This document shows, one piece after another, positions 12,361 to 24,485 of a stretch of DNA of 64,000 bases. The number at the start of each line of letters is the position of its first letter. Within the stretch, counting starts at the first letter, position 1. The translations under genes and the position numbers were made by a program. Below the pieces are notes generated by a model. It was not told the origin of the DNA. It saw only the letters and a list, made by a program, of their open reading frames with translations, and did no database searches. The stretch is from Felis catus (lineage: Eukaryota), in contig NC_058368.1 in the NCBI RefSeq assembly GCF_018350175.1, forward strand, positions 95,792,001 through 95,856,000. Direction: 5' to 3'.

Positions 12361-13538
12361 GCCTTATCCAAGAACCAGGTAGATCTTCTGTACCTTCGCA
12401 GATTTTCAGTGACTCATCTTTTTTTTTTTTTGTTTTGATTCAACTGCTATCTCCAATGACGTGATAACTCCTGATTTGCTCTTTCTGGATGTGGATGAAA
12501 GCCACACCAGAGGGCCTGAAATTTTGCTTCCCAAGCAGCCACTAGTGCGGCTGATGGTATGAACTGAAGTCCTGGGGACTTAAATACTATCTGAGACCAA
12601 GTTGACTAATGGAAGATGAGAGAGAAAATGCATTCTTTCCATCTTCTATCAGATGGCTCAAGATACAGTTCTTCCATATATCCTGTGAGGAGACTTTTTG
12701 TGTGTGTGACTGGGTGACCTGCCAAATATTGACTCTGTGTCTTTGTACCTTGTCACGAAACGGCCAGTGAGGTAACGCGTCATCTCTCAGTCACTTCCCA
12801 TCTTTTCCGGACCATTTCCCCCCCCCCCCACCCCTTTTTGTGGCTTGAGACGACCCCTCTCCAAAGAAAGCATTAACACTTCAGTCTAATTTCATCTTAT
12901 GGTTGATTCTCTAGAGATCAAAGGCCACTAACTGAAGACTGTATCACCGGTACTTTGTTGTGGCATCCTCCTAACAACCTTAGGAGATGGTTATTGATAC
13001 TATCTCCTTTTCAGATGAGGTGCAGGACCAGGAAACAGTGGCTCTCACACACTGGGCAAATTCAAGAGGGTTTCTTTACAGAGGAAGTATTTGTACAGTT
13101 ATGGGGATGGGGAAACTGCATTTGGTGCAGCGATTGGGATCTGAAGATAGCAGAGGAAATGCTTACCTCCCTTTGATCTGAGGGCATGAAGGAAATAAGC
13201 AGCTGCCAGAACAGGGAGAAAGCCGTGTCAGAAAGAGCATTTTGGGTAACGTAGCTGCCCTCGATGAGTGGACATTAGGGAATTAGAGATGCTGACATCA
13301 CTGGCTTCGTGAGTCTCTCCTCTTGTACACCAGCTTCCCTTTTGCGGTGCCCAGCCAGAGTCTGAAGGCAATGGGTCCTGTGGATATAGCCCAGAGGAGG
13401 TCTGGATCCTGGGAGGACAGGCTGCAAGGGTAGAAAGTGAATCAGGGCACAAAGCAGCATTTATCTGACAGAATGAAACAGTGGAAATTCAGGAAGAATG
13501 TAGAATTTGCATAAGGTCCACGGCTAATGCAGATTTGT

Positions 13539-13542
13539 TGTG

Positions 13543-13591
<49 letters not shown>
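13539..13591. repeat. (TG)n followed by poly-T
   Basis: Seen directly. Confidence 0.95.
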
Positions 13592-13595
<4 letters not shown>

Positions 13596-14042
13596 TTTCA
13601 AAGACTGCCTTGTGCAAGCAAGTCATTTTGGAAAAAGTCTCTTTGATGCCTGGGAAGAAATACCTATTTTGGCTGGATGTGCTCTTTCACTTTTAAAGGA
13701 TGTATAGCAGCAGCCAGTTCTCTGGCTTGCTCGGCAGGTCTTGGGCTACAATCTCAGGGCACTCAGATGCCTAGAGTGAGGCATCTTCAGAATTAGGCTG
13801 TTGGTCCACCAAGGTGGACGTTCATAATAACGGGATGATTTCTGCATTCACAAAATTTTGTTTCGGAAACTTAAATGAGGTGACTCTTAGAGATGGTTGG
13901 AATAACATGAAAACATTTAAAAGTGAATTTAGCTATTAAATTAGTAATCATAGTCCGGATAAAGTATATGTCAAAATTCATAATACAAAGCATGTTGGTT
14001 TTATGAATAAACGTAGTTTTATGTAATAAATCTTTAATGCTC

Positions 14043-14235
14043 GGGGCGTCTGGGGGGCTCAGTTGGTTGAGCTTCTGACTTCGGCTCAGATCATGATCTC
14101 CTGGTTTGTGAGTTTGAGCCCTGCATCAGGTTTCCTGCTGTGAGCTTGGAGTCTGCTTCAGATCCTCTGCCCCCCTCCTCTCCTCCAGCAGGGGAGGCGC
14201 TCTCTCAAAAATAAATATTTAAAAAATACTTTAAA
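14043..14235 (+). mobile_element. Can-SINE
   Basis: ggggcgtctggggggctcagttggttgag head; flanked by tctttaatgct repeats. Confidence 0.9.
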
Positions 14236-15997
14236 AGTAAGTCTTTAATGCTTATGCTTATTGGAATTTTATTTCACCCCTTTTCTCTTGGAAAGAGTAC
14301 ATTCAAATGTACTTGGCCAACTCTTTCACCATTCACGAGAATTAATTCTTTGTCATGGGCCACACTACGCCCTCTTCTCTTATCCTCTTGTGCAGATTTT
14401 GCCCACAGTTAAATTAATTCTACCTAAGGTATTTTTTTCCCCACATCCTAGTCCTTTTCCACTTCAAGTAATGTTATTTCTACATTTTATTTAAATCTCC
14501 TATTTCTCTAAGATAATCCCTTGAAGGGTTTTGATGCCTGGAGCACACATTAGCATAACATTGCCCCAAAGCCCTTCGGAATCAGACTTTGAAATATGTG
14601 TACCCTGTGTGCCACTGCAATTAAATGACAAACCAATAGTTCCCCCTGAGGGACTAGGCTGAGGTGATTTTACATTACGGAAGTTTTACACTTTTTTTGT
14701 AATTGTACTGAGCTCTATTTGCATTATTAACAAGTTTATTCCATTCATAGAAACAAAATATTGCAAATGTAGATCATCTATAATCCCTTCATTTTCCAGA
14801 TTAAGAAACCAATGCCCAATCAAGTAAATTGACTATTTGAAGGTCATATAGCTACTGATTGCTCTGTGACCTTTTCTTTATGTAGAGTTTTTTTGAAATC
14901 AAAGAAATTGTGTAATAAATTGTAATAGCTCAATATCTTAATGTCCCAGAAGCATAAGTCACACTGTACTTAATGACTAAAAGTCTGGACATCACCATAG
15001 AACTCCCTAGGGTGTCCAAAGCCAACATCTTTAGGAATCACTTTGGCCGAATTAGATTTTGTTTTCCCACACATTCTTCACTAAAGGCCCATCTAAAGGA
15101 ATTGTTTTGGGGGCTAAACTTAAGTACGTGTTTTCTCGTACATACCCAAGAAAGAATGGAGTACCAACCATGTTGCAGGAATTGTAATGTCTGCTAATTT
15201 GGTGTTTTTCCAGAACCTGTGTGTCAAAGATAGTAATGTCAGGAATAATTGACCCTGATTCTGTGCTCTTCAACAACAGCAGGAAGGAGAGGCTTTGCAT
15301 GAGAAAGGTCTTCATTGTAGGGCACCGTACAAAGATGCTGAGGGATTTTCTCCTACAGTGCAATCTGGGATTCTCTCAAATCCCATCCCTCTTATGATAC
15401 AGCAGCAAGAGCTTGGGTGGCCTCAAGCATCTGACTCATTTTGAGACTTTATGTGTCTTCTATCTTCTTGCCTGTGATGAGGATCGGTCTCTGTTTAGAA
15501 ATACACAGGCCAAATGGAAATATAATACAAATATGAGAGCATAGACAAATTTACTTCAGCCTGAGCAGTATTATCACTTCAAATTCCTCTATCTCCAAGA
15601 TTTCATGTATTCCTTCCCTTTGTGGCCCCCCTGCCCCCCCCCGCCCCACCAACTTCGTATACCTATCCCAATGCTTTCAGGTGTGAAGGCCCATAGTTAA
15701 ACTGAGCTCATCACTAGCCTGCATCATTCTTGTGCTTTCCTTTATACCTTCCTCTTGGCTGGCCCTTTAGATAGTCTCTGAGCGGTTGGTATGTTTTCTT
15801 GAGGCCCCCATGATTTTGCTAAGTCTGTCTTTCTACTTCCTCTGAGCTAGGATAAGACTCTTAGTAGTAAGCATAGTGCTTTTCAAAGTACTGGTTGAAC
15901 AGCTCTGATTAAATATGATTAATTAATTCCTTGGAATTGTATTTGTATTGAATATATACATAGTAGCAATCCTCAAGCCATTTCTAGTCTATTAGGG

Positions 15998-16310
15998 ATA
16001 TATATATATATAAATATATATATATATGAAGTTTATATATTTATAATGAATTTATGTATTTATATTTATAATGAATTTATATATTTATAATGAATTTATA
16101 TATTTATAATGAAATTTAAGAGATTATGAAGTTTAAGAGATTATATTTATAATGAAGTTAAGAGAGTATACATATATATACATATATATGTACATATATA
16201 TACATATATACATATATATGTACATATATATACATATATACATATATATTATACATATATAATATACATATGTATAATATATATGTATAATCTCTTAACT
16301 TCATTATAAA
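15998..16310. repeat. AT-rich compound repeat with inverted arms
   Basis: tatatttataatgaattt units, (TATATACA)n, and 34-bp inverted arms at 16146 and 16310. Confidence 0.9.
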
Positions 16311-16323
16311 AATCTCAATTTAT

Positions 16324-16532
16324 GGGTAACTGGGTGGCTCAGTTTGTTAAGCATCTGACTCTTGATTCTGGCTGAGGTCATGATCTCACAGTTCGTGAGT
16401 TTGAGCCCCGCATCGGCCTCTGCTCTGACAACGGGGAACCTGCTTGGGATTCTCTCTCTCCTTGTATCTCTGCCCTCCCCAGCTTGCTTGCGCGTGTTCT
16501 CTCTCTCACGCAAATAACTAAACGTTAAAAAA
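16324..16532 (+). mobile_element. Can-SINE
   Basis: gggtaactgggtggctcag head; TSD aaaatctcaatttat / aaaatctcgatgtat. Confidence 0.92.
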
Positions 16533-16904
16533 TCTCGATGTATGTCAGTGATTTTCAGACATTTTGTCAGTGATTTCTGTGAAACAGATCTTCAACAGAG
16601 TTACCTAGTTCTTAGTGTCCCGCAATTGGTTTTTTGAGTTAACACAGTGTTCTAGTATAAGAAATGGCAAAAAGGTGGAACGTGGATGTGTTTGTGTAAT
16701 TTCCTTTCTGAGGAAACTTTTTACCCCTAACCACTGGGGGCAAAATGTGTGGTTCTTTATAACTTTAGATGCTGTATAAATTGCATCTTCTTATTCTTTT
16801 CCACTCATCGATCCAACACCCTCTACTTGAACAGATTTAAAAAGTGTAGTCTGAAAAACCAAGCGCTCTGTAATCAATTTCTGCATTTTCTGCAGGGTTG
16901 AAAT

Positions 16905-17095
16905 CAGTATGTGACTTTGAGGCAGAGAAACCTATTTTTGTCTCTTAATATTTGGAAAGATTGAGCTATTTACTTAAATTCTCTAAATGGCATTACTTCA
17001 CCTGTGATAAGGAGATAATATTCTCTCAAATAGTGATGATTGAGATGACATATTTGAACTGCCTAAGTTAAATAGGTATACAGTAAACCAAAATG
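16905..17095 (+). mobile_element. MIR fragment
   Basis: ttacttaaattctctaaatggcattacttcacctgtgataaggagataata resembles the MIR core. Confidence 0.5.
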
Positions 17096-17104
17096 TCTTA
17101 TTAT

Positions 17105-17378
17105 TATTACTATTTTTTTAAGTGTTTATTGGGGCACCTGGCTGGCTCAGTCGGTTGAGCGTCAGACTTTGTCTCAGGTCACGATCTCATGCTTAACAAG
17201 TTTGAGCCCTGCTTCAGGCTCTGTCAGGGAGCCTGGAACCTGCTTTGGATTCTGTGTCTCCCTCTCTCTCTGCCCCTCCCCTGCTGGCACTCTCTCTCTC
17301 TCAAAAAAAATAAACAAAAAAATAAAAAAGGAATATAAAATGTTTATATTTGAGAGAGAGTGAGTGAGTGGGGGAAGA

Positions 17379-17427
<49 letters not shown>

Positions 17428-17567
17428 GGAGGGAGAGAGAGAATCCCAAGCAGATCCCACATTCAGTGCTGAGCCAGACGTGGGCTTCCATCTCATGACC
17501 TTGAGATCATGACCTGAGCTAAAAAAAAAGAATCAGAAATTGAACCAACTAAGCCACCCAGGAGCCC
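17105..17567 (-). mobile_element. Can-SINE interrupted by a plus-strand SINE
   Basis: Body 17340-17567 with (GA)n and gagccacccaggagcc-like end; tail remnant at ~17105-17130. Confidence 0.88.
17131..17335 (+). mobile_element. SINEC_Fc-type SINE (nested)
   Basis: ggggcacctggctggctcag head; flanked by aagtgtttat / aaatgtttat. Confidence 0.92.
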
Positions 17568-17591
17568 TCTAAAATGTATTCACCAACCATT

Positions 17592-17831
17592 TGGAGCAGT
17601 AGCAAACTTTCCCTGTGAAGTGCCACACTTCTTTCCCTCTAAAGGGCCACGTTAGGCTTTGGTGGTCATATAATCTCTTTCACAAATACTCAGCTTTTCT
17701 GTTGTAGCACAGAAGCAGCCTTAGACAACAAATAAACCAATAAGTATGGTTGTGTTCCAGCAAAACTTTATTAAAAAACAAAACAAAACAGGTCGTGGGC
17801 TGGATTTGGCCTGAGAGTTTGAAGACCTCTG
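17592..17831. mobile_element. MER58A-like hAT-Charlie DNA transposon
   Basis: gcaaacttt..taaagggcca..ttaggcttt..gttgtagcacagaagcagccttagacaa..tgtgttccagcaaaactttatt..gggctggatttggcc..gacctctg follows the MER58A consensus as I recall it. Confidence 0.85.
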
Positions 17832-18149
17832 ATTTAGAGTTTGAAGACCTCTGATTTATTTATTTATTTTATTTATTTTTATTTTATTTTTTTTTTTCAA
17901 CGTTTATTTATTTTTGGGACAGAGAGAGACAGAGCATGAACGGGGGAGGGGCAGAGAGAGAGAGGGAGACACAGAATCGGAAACAGGCTCCAGGCTCTGA
18001 GCCATCAGCCCTGAGCCTGACGCGGGGCTCGAACTCCCGGACTGCGAGATCGTGACCTGGCTGAAGTCGGACGCTTAACCGACTGCGCCACCCAGGCGCC
18101 CCTGAAGACCTCTGATTTAGAGTTTGAAGACCTCTGATTTAGACCTCTG
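17814..18149. repeat. 22-bp tandem repeat split by a SINE
   Basis: agagtttgaagacctctgattt at 17814, 17836 and 18119; partial copy at 18103. Confidence 0.92.
17858..18102 (-). mobile_element. Young SINEC_Fc
   Basis: CpG-rich body with gccatcagcc and gactgcgccacccaggcgcccc; perfect TSD tgaagacctctgattta. Confidence 0.96.
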
Positions 18150-18194
18150 TCTCTACATTTTGCTTTGTCTACTTACATACCTCATTCTTTTAAA

Positions 18195-18410
18195 AAAAAT
18201 TAAAAAAAATTTTTAATGTATATTTCTGAGACACAGAGAGACACAGCAGGAGTGGGGGCAGGACAGAGAGAGAGGGAGACACAGAATCAGAAGCAGGCTC
18301 CAGGCTCTGAGCTCTCAGCACAGAGCCTGATGCGGGGCTCGAACTCACAGTGAGATCATGACCTGAGCTGAAGTCGGTCGCTCAATTGACTGAGACACCC
18401 AGGCGCCCCC
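18195..18410 (-). mobile_element. SINEC_Fc-type SINE
   Basis: Full body; sits in the tail of the next SINE. Confidence 0.93.
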
Positions 18411-18424
18411 CCCACCTCCCAAAA

Positions 18425-18632
18425 TTTTCTTAACGTTTATTCATTTTTGAGAGACAGAGACAGAGTGCAAGTGCGGGAGGGACAGAGAGAGAGGGAGACA
18501 CAGAATCGGAAGCAGGCTCCAGTCTCTGAGCTGTCAGCACAGAGCCTGATGCGGGGCTCGAACTCAGGGACTGTGAGATCATGACCTGAGCCGAAGTCGG
18601 ACGCTCAACCGACTGAGCCACCCAGGTACCCC
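18425..18632 (-). mobile_element. SINEC_Fc-type SINE
   Basis: Full body; TSD tacatacctc(a/t)ttctt at 18175 and 18633 encloses both this and the preceding SINE. Confidence 0.94.
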
Positions 18633-20348
18633 TACATACCTCTTTCTTAATTTTCTTCAGAAAATCAGCAACTGGTTCATGATACCTTTCTAAATCTATG
18701 AAAATATATCAGATATAAAAGTGTATTCCCAATGATGAATCGAATACCTAGTAGCAACCATGCAGATAAAAGGGTATAGAAGATATTGCAAATATGGGCT
18801 GAAATGTCCTAAATATTGTTTCCCGACTCCTTTCTCTTCCTTCTACCGAGACATAAATGCTGTCCTCACTTACGGTCCATCATTCCCTTAGCCTTGTAAT
18901 TCTGCCAAATTTATGTATGTTCTTAATAAATAGAGTACTATTAGACTATAATAAAATTGTGTGTGTGTGTGGTATAATATCATATATCCTGTCGTTTGCT
19001 TTATCACTACATATCAAGTTATTTAAGAAAGATCTATGTGGAAACACACAGATCGAGTCTATTAATTTGCACTGTGGTAAAATATATGAATATACTATAA
19101 TATATATAAATCCTTCTGTCCATAAAAGTTGATGTTATTTCTTCTTCTCTTTCTTTGCTGTTACAAACACTTTGGGTATGCATGAGTTCATATAACACTT
19201 TGGCCTATGTTATGTAGGGATTTATCTAGAATGTGTACATAGGATTAAATTGCTAAATCATCTTCCACTTTTCATTATGCTTCCAGATAATCCTCCGCCT
19301 TGACCCCAGCAATTTGCACTCTACTAGTGTGTGTAAGAGGTTCCTCATTTATGTGCATTTCTTACTGTTCGGTTTCTAATGGATTTCAAAATGTGTTGGG
19401 CACAAAATTGCATTTTATTATGCTGTGAATCGGTATTTCTTGGAAAACTGGTGCTAATTTTTTTTGTATGTCTATTCTTATTCTGCGGAATGACCATTTA
19501 TATCTGTTGTTGGTTTTTCTGTTGAATAATTTGTCATTTTCTTTCAGATTTTATACAGTTCTTTATATGTTTTAGGTCATAATCCGTTGGCATTTACTCA
19601 ACTCGCAAACACCCTTCTAGTGACTGACTGAGGTTCAACATTGTCTCAGTGCTTTTCCATGCACAGAAGAATTAAAATTTGATGTAGCATCTAATTTATC
19701 AGCGTATATCCCTGTCCTCTCATCTTTAAGTCTTTTTTTAGAAACACTTCCCAATATTAATGCCATAAAGACATTCCCTTCTAAAACTTTTCGAGTTTTT
19801 TTAACCATATACTCAGACCTATTATTTATTTAGGATGAATTCTTGTATCCTTATCTTACGCACTAAAAAACAATTTAATATTTTCTCTATGAATGACCAT
19901 TTTACCTAGTATATTTTATTGAGTAGTCTGTCTCTTTTGCCCATGATTTTCATTGTACATTTTTAAAATAGATTTACCTGTGTCTATTTTCTGTTTCATT
20001 GGTCAACTTCCCTATCTCTATGCCAACAACCGTATTTCTTACTCACTTTAGTTTCATGACAGCCTCATATCTAAAAGACACATAGTTGGTGATTTACCTA
20101 TTCTTGCCTGTTAGCTTTTCCATATACATTTTCTCGACTGATTCCTTGAAAAAAAATTCCGGTCTCTTTGCTTTCCTATATACACATTTTTTTTTTTTTA
20201 ATTTCTTGGAAAAAAAAAATCCCTGTTGGGGATTTTGATTGGAACTCCATTTAAGTTAGGTTAATTTGGACCATAGTGACACCTTTATGTATTGAATCTT
20301 TTTATCCGTGAACGTCTGAATCTTCTTTTAAATTTTTTTTCTTTTTTA

Positions 20349-20556
20349 GGGGCGCCTGGGTGGCTCAGTCGGCTAAGTGTCCGACTTCGGCTCAGGTCAT
20401 GGTCTTGTGGTTCACGGGTTCGAGACCCGCGTCGGGCTCTGTGCTAACAGCTCGGAGCCTGGAGCCTGCTTCCGATTCTGTGTCTCCCTCTCTCTCTGAC
20501 CCTCCCCCCCCCATTCATGCTCTGTCTCTCTCTGTCTCAAAAATAAATAAACGTTG
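20349..20556 (+). mobile_element. SINEC_Fc-type SINE (nested)
   Basis: ggggcgcctgggtggctcagtcgg head, full body. Confidence 0.95.
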
Positions 20557-20770
20557 GGGCGGTTAAGCGTCCGACTTCAGCCAGGTCACGATCTCGCGGT
20601 CCGGGAGTTCGAGCCCCGCGTCAGGCTCTGGGCTGATGGCTCAGAGCCTGGAGCCTGTTTCCGATTCTGTGTCTCCCTCTCTCTCTGCCCCTAACCCGTT
20701 CATGCTCTGTCTCTCTCTGTCCCAAAAATAAATAAACGTTGAAAAAAAAAATTAAAAATAAATAAATAAA
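20557..20770 (+). mobile_element. Young SINEC_Fc lacking the A-box segment (nested)
   Basis: ggggcg joined directly to gttaagcgtccgacttcagccagg; TSD aaataaataaacgtt. Confidence 0.92.
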
Positions 20771-21349
20771 TAAATAAATAAACGTTAAAAATAATTAAAA
20801 AAAAATTTTAACATTTTTTCACTTTTGAAAGACAGAGTGTGAGTGACAGAGAGAGGGAAGAGGGAGGGAGACACAGAATCCAAAGTACTCTCTAGGTTCT
20901 GAGGTGTCAATACAGAGCCCACCGTGGGGCTCGAACTCAGGGACCATGAGACTATGATGCTGAAGTCACACGCCCAACAGACGGGACCACCCAGGCACCC
21001 TGAACACCTATATCTTCTTAATGTTTAAACATACTTAGGTAAAAATTTTGTAATTTTTCTATTCATACTAGTCAAATCACTTATATTTTGTTTAGTGCCT
21101 TATATGTCTCTTGCTAGAGAAAAATGATAAATGTAATAAGATTTTATGTTTCATTTAATAAGATTTTATCACTCCATGCAGCTCTGTATAGGAGCCAATT
21201 GATGGCTATATAGTGCTTTTATATTTAGCAATCTTGCCAATTATATTACTAACAAAGATTTCTCTGTAGAGTAGGTTGAGTTTTCTAGTCAGATAATTTT
21301 TGTCAGATACAAATAGTGACAGTTTGGTGTCACCCTCTCCAATCCTTGG

Positions 21350-21805
21350 AGAGTTTGCATACTGATCCTAGACTACATGTCTTTGATCTTTTATGTGAGG
21401 GAGAAATAAACTTCAGAATTATTTTAATCATTGTCATTATAGCAGCTCAATGTAATTCCTAATGGATACACACAGATTGGTTCTGAGAGGGGAATGTCAC
21501 AGCTAGTGCTCTGACTTACCAATTTTTAATTGCCAGATGACTTAGAGAAAGAAGTTTCTCTTTTGGATTATTAAACTGATAGATGATAAATTCAGAGATG
21601 TGACAGTCCGTTGCTGCCACTGCCCTGAGCTTGCCCGTAAAAGAAGCTAACCCAAAGGAGTGTGGAGCCTGGAGGAAAGTGGGAAATCGATTCATGAGAG
21701 TCTGGTCTTGCCTGCAGTTTTCAGTTATGCAAGCCGATAGATACGTCTTCAGTAAATTACAACAGAACTGGCTAAGTCAGTTCAAACTGTATTATTGTCA
21801 CTTAC
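21350..21805 (+). mobile_element. MaLR (MLT1-like) LTR fragments
   Basis: tgtgagggagaaataaacttc..agcagctcaatgtaattcctaatggataca and ttttcagttatgcaagccgatag..gctaagtcagtt..ttgtcactt resemble MLT1 3' ends. Confidence 0.5.
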
Positions 21806-22801
21806 TCCTGAAGAATCTTCAGAAGTCTTTCCCAGGGGACTTCTGATACCTTGTCCCCCTAGCCTACCCACTGGGCTGCCTCCCTGTCTACGTGCTTCCA
21901 TCAGCCTAATCAAACCCCCAAGTCAGCTATCCTGTTTTGTTCTGGGAGGCCAGTTCCTAGCCAACACTACCCAAGACACACGGAATATTCAGTGTTACAA
22001 AATCATTGCCGTCACTATTGTTGACTATCTGTCTTCCAAATGAACGACAAGTCTTACTTAAAACTGCCCATTGTGAAGTATGCATTTTCATGTGCACATT
22101 CTTCATGAATTTGATAGCTTGGTAGTCCTTTAAGCTCTGCTACTAACCCAAAAACTCCTTGAGGTTGTCCATATTATCTTTGCATTTTAATGATGAGGTC
22201 AGTGCTCTGCCCTTTGGAGATCGGCAACAATGGTTGAGTGGAAGTTACTGATAATTGTTCAGTACTCTTCTATAAAGATAAATAATTCACATATAAAAAT
22301 TCTTTTTCTCTTAATAACGTTAAGCAAATTCTACTTTGTAGACAAAAGAAACGATGCATTTCAAAGGTCATCTTTGTCTTGGCAAGAATTGGACCCTTCC
22401 CATGCACAATTTTATGTAATCCTAGTTGAGAATGCACCAGTAATTCAATTTAGTTTCCGAAGGAATAGTTTCTTCCAGCAAAAGTTGGGTAGTTCATTCT
22501 CCTGTACCTTTATGTTTCTTTTCTCAGTGAATGGACTACTTGTGATTTAAATTCTGGCTAAAAATTGGAATCATTTGCAAACCTGTTGTCCGCATAAAGG
22601 CAAGGATGGAACACGACTAAAAGGAAACCAGGTTAACTCTCAGGTTTTACCTGGAAGGATTTTTTTTTCTTTCTGTTGCTGCATCTTTTAGAAAAATAAT
22701 AAATTGCCTACCCTCCTGCTCCTCCCTTGTACTTTTATGTGTAAGAAAGCTGGTAAGATCAAGAAAGAATGCAAAACCTTATGGAAGCATTTCTGCAACT
22801 G

Positions 22802-23018
22802 TTTTTTTTAATGGTTACTTATTTTTGAGAGAGAGACAGAGAGATGGAGTGTGAGCGGGGGAGGGGCAGAAAGAGAGGGAGACACAGAATCAGAAACAGG
22901 CTCCAGGCTCTGAGCTGTCAGCGCACTCAGCCCGATGCAGGGCTTGAACCCCCAGACTGCAAGATCATGACCTGAGCCAAAGTGGGACGCTTAACCACCT
23001 GAGCCACCCAGGCGCCCC
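22802..23018 (-). mobile_element. SINEC_Fc-type SINE
   Basis: Full body; TSD tctgcaactg. Confidence 0.95.
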
Positions 23019-24127
23019 TCTGCAACTGCTTTTTCAAGGTGCACCTTTCTACAAACCAAAATAGGTGTGTCTAGCAAGGCACCAATTTAATCACAGCACA
23101 ATGCCTCGTGCATGTATCTTTTCATCCCTTCCTCTGCATTTATTTTGCAACTAAGTTTAGACACATGAGCACTTCTTCAGTTGGGATTTCTATGACCAAT
23201 TCTTCCTACCGACTTCACATTACCATCCTGTCGTGTGTAACATTCAGCAGATAAAGGAGAAAAGAGAAAACAATGAGGACAGTAACAACATATGAGCCTG
23301 GATGCATCCAGACTTCCATTTTTTAGGTGTAAGATAAAAGTAAGGGATATTTTTGAATGTCAAAGCTTAGTTGGTTGTTACACAGTTCTTGCTCCCTTGA
23401 GAATGTGATAGCTATGTCCTTCCTCTACATGTTTTGAGGGGTCATCGATTTGAATTATTTTGAGGCCATAGATCTTAAGAGACAATGTAAACAACAGAGA
23501 TGAGTGAGGCATAAAAAGGTATTTATAGCGAATGCAAAAACAACTTATATTTGGGTAAACTATGACAAAGTTGGGCGAAAAAGTAATTGAACAACTTAAT
23601 GCATTTTCTTTGCCATTTATAACAGTACTCTTGGTAAAATAAAATAACTGGAAAAAAAAAAGCAAAACAAATCCTCTAAATGAGGAAAGCATTCTGGAAA
23701 TTAAGCTTAAGTACTAAGGTTAAAGGTTAAGGTAAAGGTTAACATTACAGATTCTGGATTTTTTTTTTTTTAACCAAACATCATCTTGTTTCCCTTAGAA
23801 GGACACACTGTTGAACTTCTCTCTTTAATGTATAGTTGAGTAAATTATATTGCAGAGGTGGCTAAAACATGAATAAAGTGAGATTTCAGGTTGGTTTTGA
23901 ATATTTTCCATGGCAATTGTCAGAGACATTAGGTATATGTGGGGAGGAAAAGCTATGCGGCTATTATTTGTTATATGAATTTCCCTAATTTTCCATAAAG
24001 GTTTATCAGAATAGATGAGTATTTCATTATTGACTATTAGTGGAAGATACCATACTCAATGAATGCTATCATTGTCAATATGTATCCCCAGGGAAACATT
24101 TTGCCCTATCATAATATTCATCTAATT

Positions 24128-24334
24128 TGTTTAAATGTATTTACTTATTTTGAGAGAGACAGAGAGCTCACAGGGGAGGGGCACAGAGAGAGGGAGAGAG
24201 GGAGACTCCCAAGCAGGCTCTGCGCTGTTAGCCTAGAGCCCTATGTGGGCCTGGAACTTACAGACCATGAGATCATGACCTGAGCCAAAACCAAGAGTTA
24301 GATGCTTAATGGACTGAGCCACCCAGGTGCCCCC
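24128..24334 (-). mobile_element. Can-SINE
   Basis: tcccaagcaggctctgcgctg..gagatcatgacctgagcc..gagccacccaggtgcccc. Confidence 0.93.
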
Positions 24335-24349
24335 AGTTTTTCGGTAATT

Positions 24350-24485
24350 AATTACTATCTGCCTTCTCTGTTAAGCTGGAAGTTCAAGGAAGGACAGGAA
24401 TTAGTTTATTTTTGTGACTGTATCATGTAATCTGGTACAAATTGGATAGTCAATATTTCTCAAATGAATGAATAAATTAATAAAG
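24350..24485 (+). mobile_element. L2 3' end fragment
   Basis: gtcaatatttctcaaatgaatgaataaat terminal repeats typical of L2. Confidence 0.5.

Larger units (their letters stand above)
20331..21000 (-). mobile_element. SINEC_Fc-type SINE hosting two nested SINEs in its tail
   Basis: Body 20810-21000; degenerate TSD tgaacgtctgaatcttctt / tgaacacctatatcttctt. Confidence 0.88.
18700..21345 (-). mobile_element. Old L1 (L1M-type) 3' region, interrupted by SINEs
   Basis: ttgattggaactccatttaagttaggttaatttgg...ctttatgtattgaatc and caaatagtgacagtttgg..ctctccaatcc match antisense L1 ORF2; T-rich. Confidence 0.75.

Noticed and set aside
17814..18149. Short direct repeats around an insert, superficially CRISPR-like
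   Set aside because: The units are adjacent tandem copies and the insert is a SINE with a TSD; mammalian DNA with no cas genes.
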